DNA of 64,000 nucleotides from Lama glama. Taxonomy: Eukaryota. The stretch lies in NCBI GenBank assembly GCA_028534125.1, contig CM052816.1, positions 52,764,001 to 52,828,000 on the forward strand, given 5' to 3'. The notes beneath the pieces were generated by a model. The model had not been told where the DNA came from, made no database searches, and saw only the letters and a program-made list of their open reading frames with translations. Made by a program: the position numbers and the translations under genes. Positions within the stretch are counted from its first letter, which is position 1. Every line of letters begins with the position of its first letter. This document shows positions 53,961 to 64,000 of the stretch, in pieces.

Positions 53961-64000
<10,040 letters not shown>

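Overview
Mammalian genomic DNA, not prokaryotic. The window holds the 3' part of one minus-strand gene, CMYA5 (myospryn/TRIM76). It includes about 10.0 kb of the giant exon 2 (53973 to beyond 64000) and exons 3-13 (numbering by analogy to human), which encode the coiled-coil, two FN3 and SPRY domains. All junctions are GT-AG with consistent phases, the stop is at 11910-11912, and polyA signals lie at 11316 and 11081. The rest is intron or downstream sequence with L1, L2, MIR, LTR and hAT/MER repeats and two assembly gaps. The repeat style suggests a cetartiodactyl, possibly a camelid (inference). I see no new multi-gene system. The most unusual items are: (1) a 3-kb TSD-flanked chimeric L1 insertion in intron 2; (2) a recent in-frame 306-bp tandem duplication in exon 2; (3) a 23-nt microexon whose acceptor AG sits inside a perfect GTAAGT donor hexamer; (4) a MEF2/TEAD/E-box/GATA cluster built on a MER94-like transposon. 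Repeat family names come from recall of consensus sequences, not from a database search.
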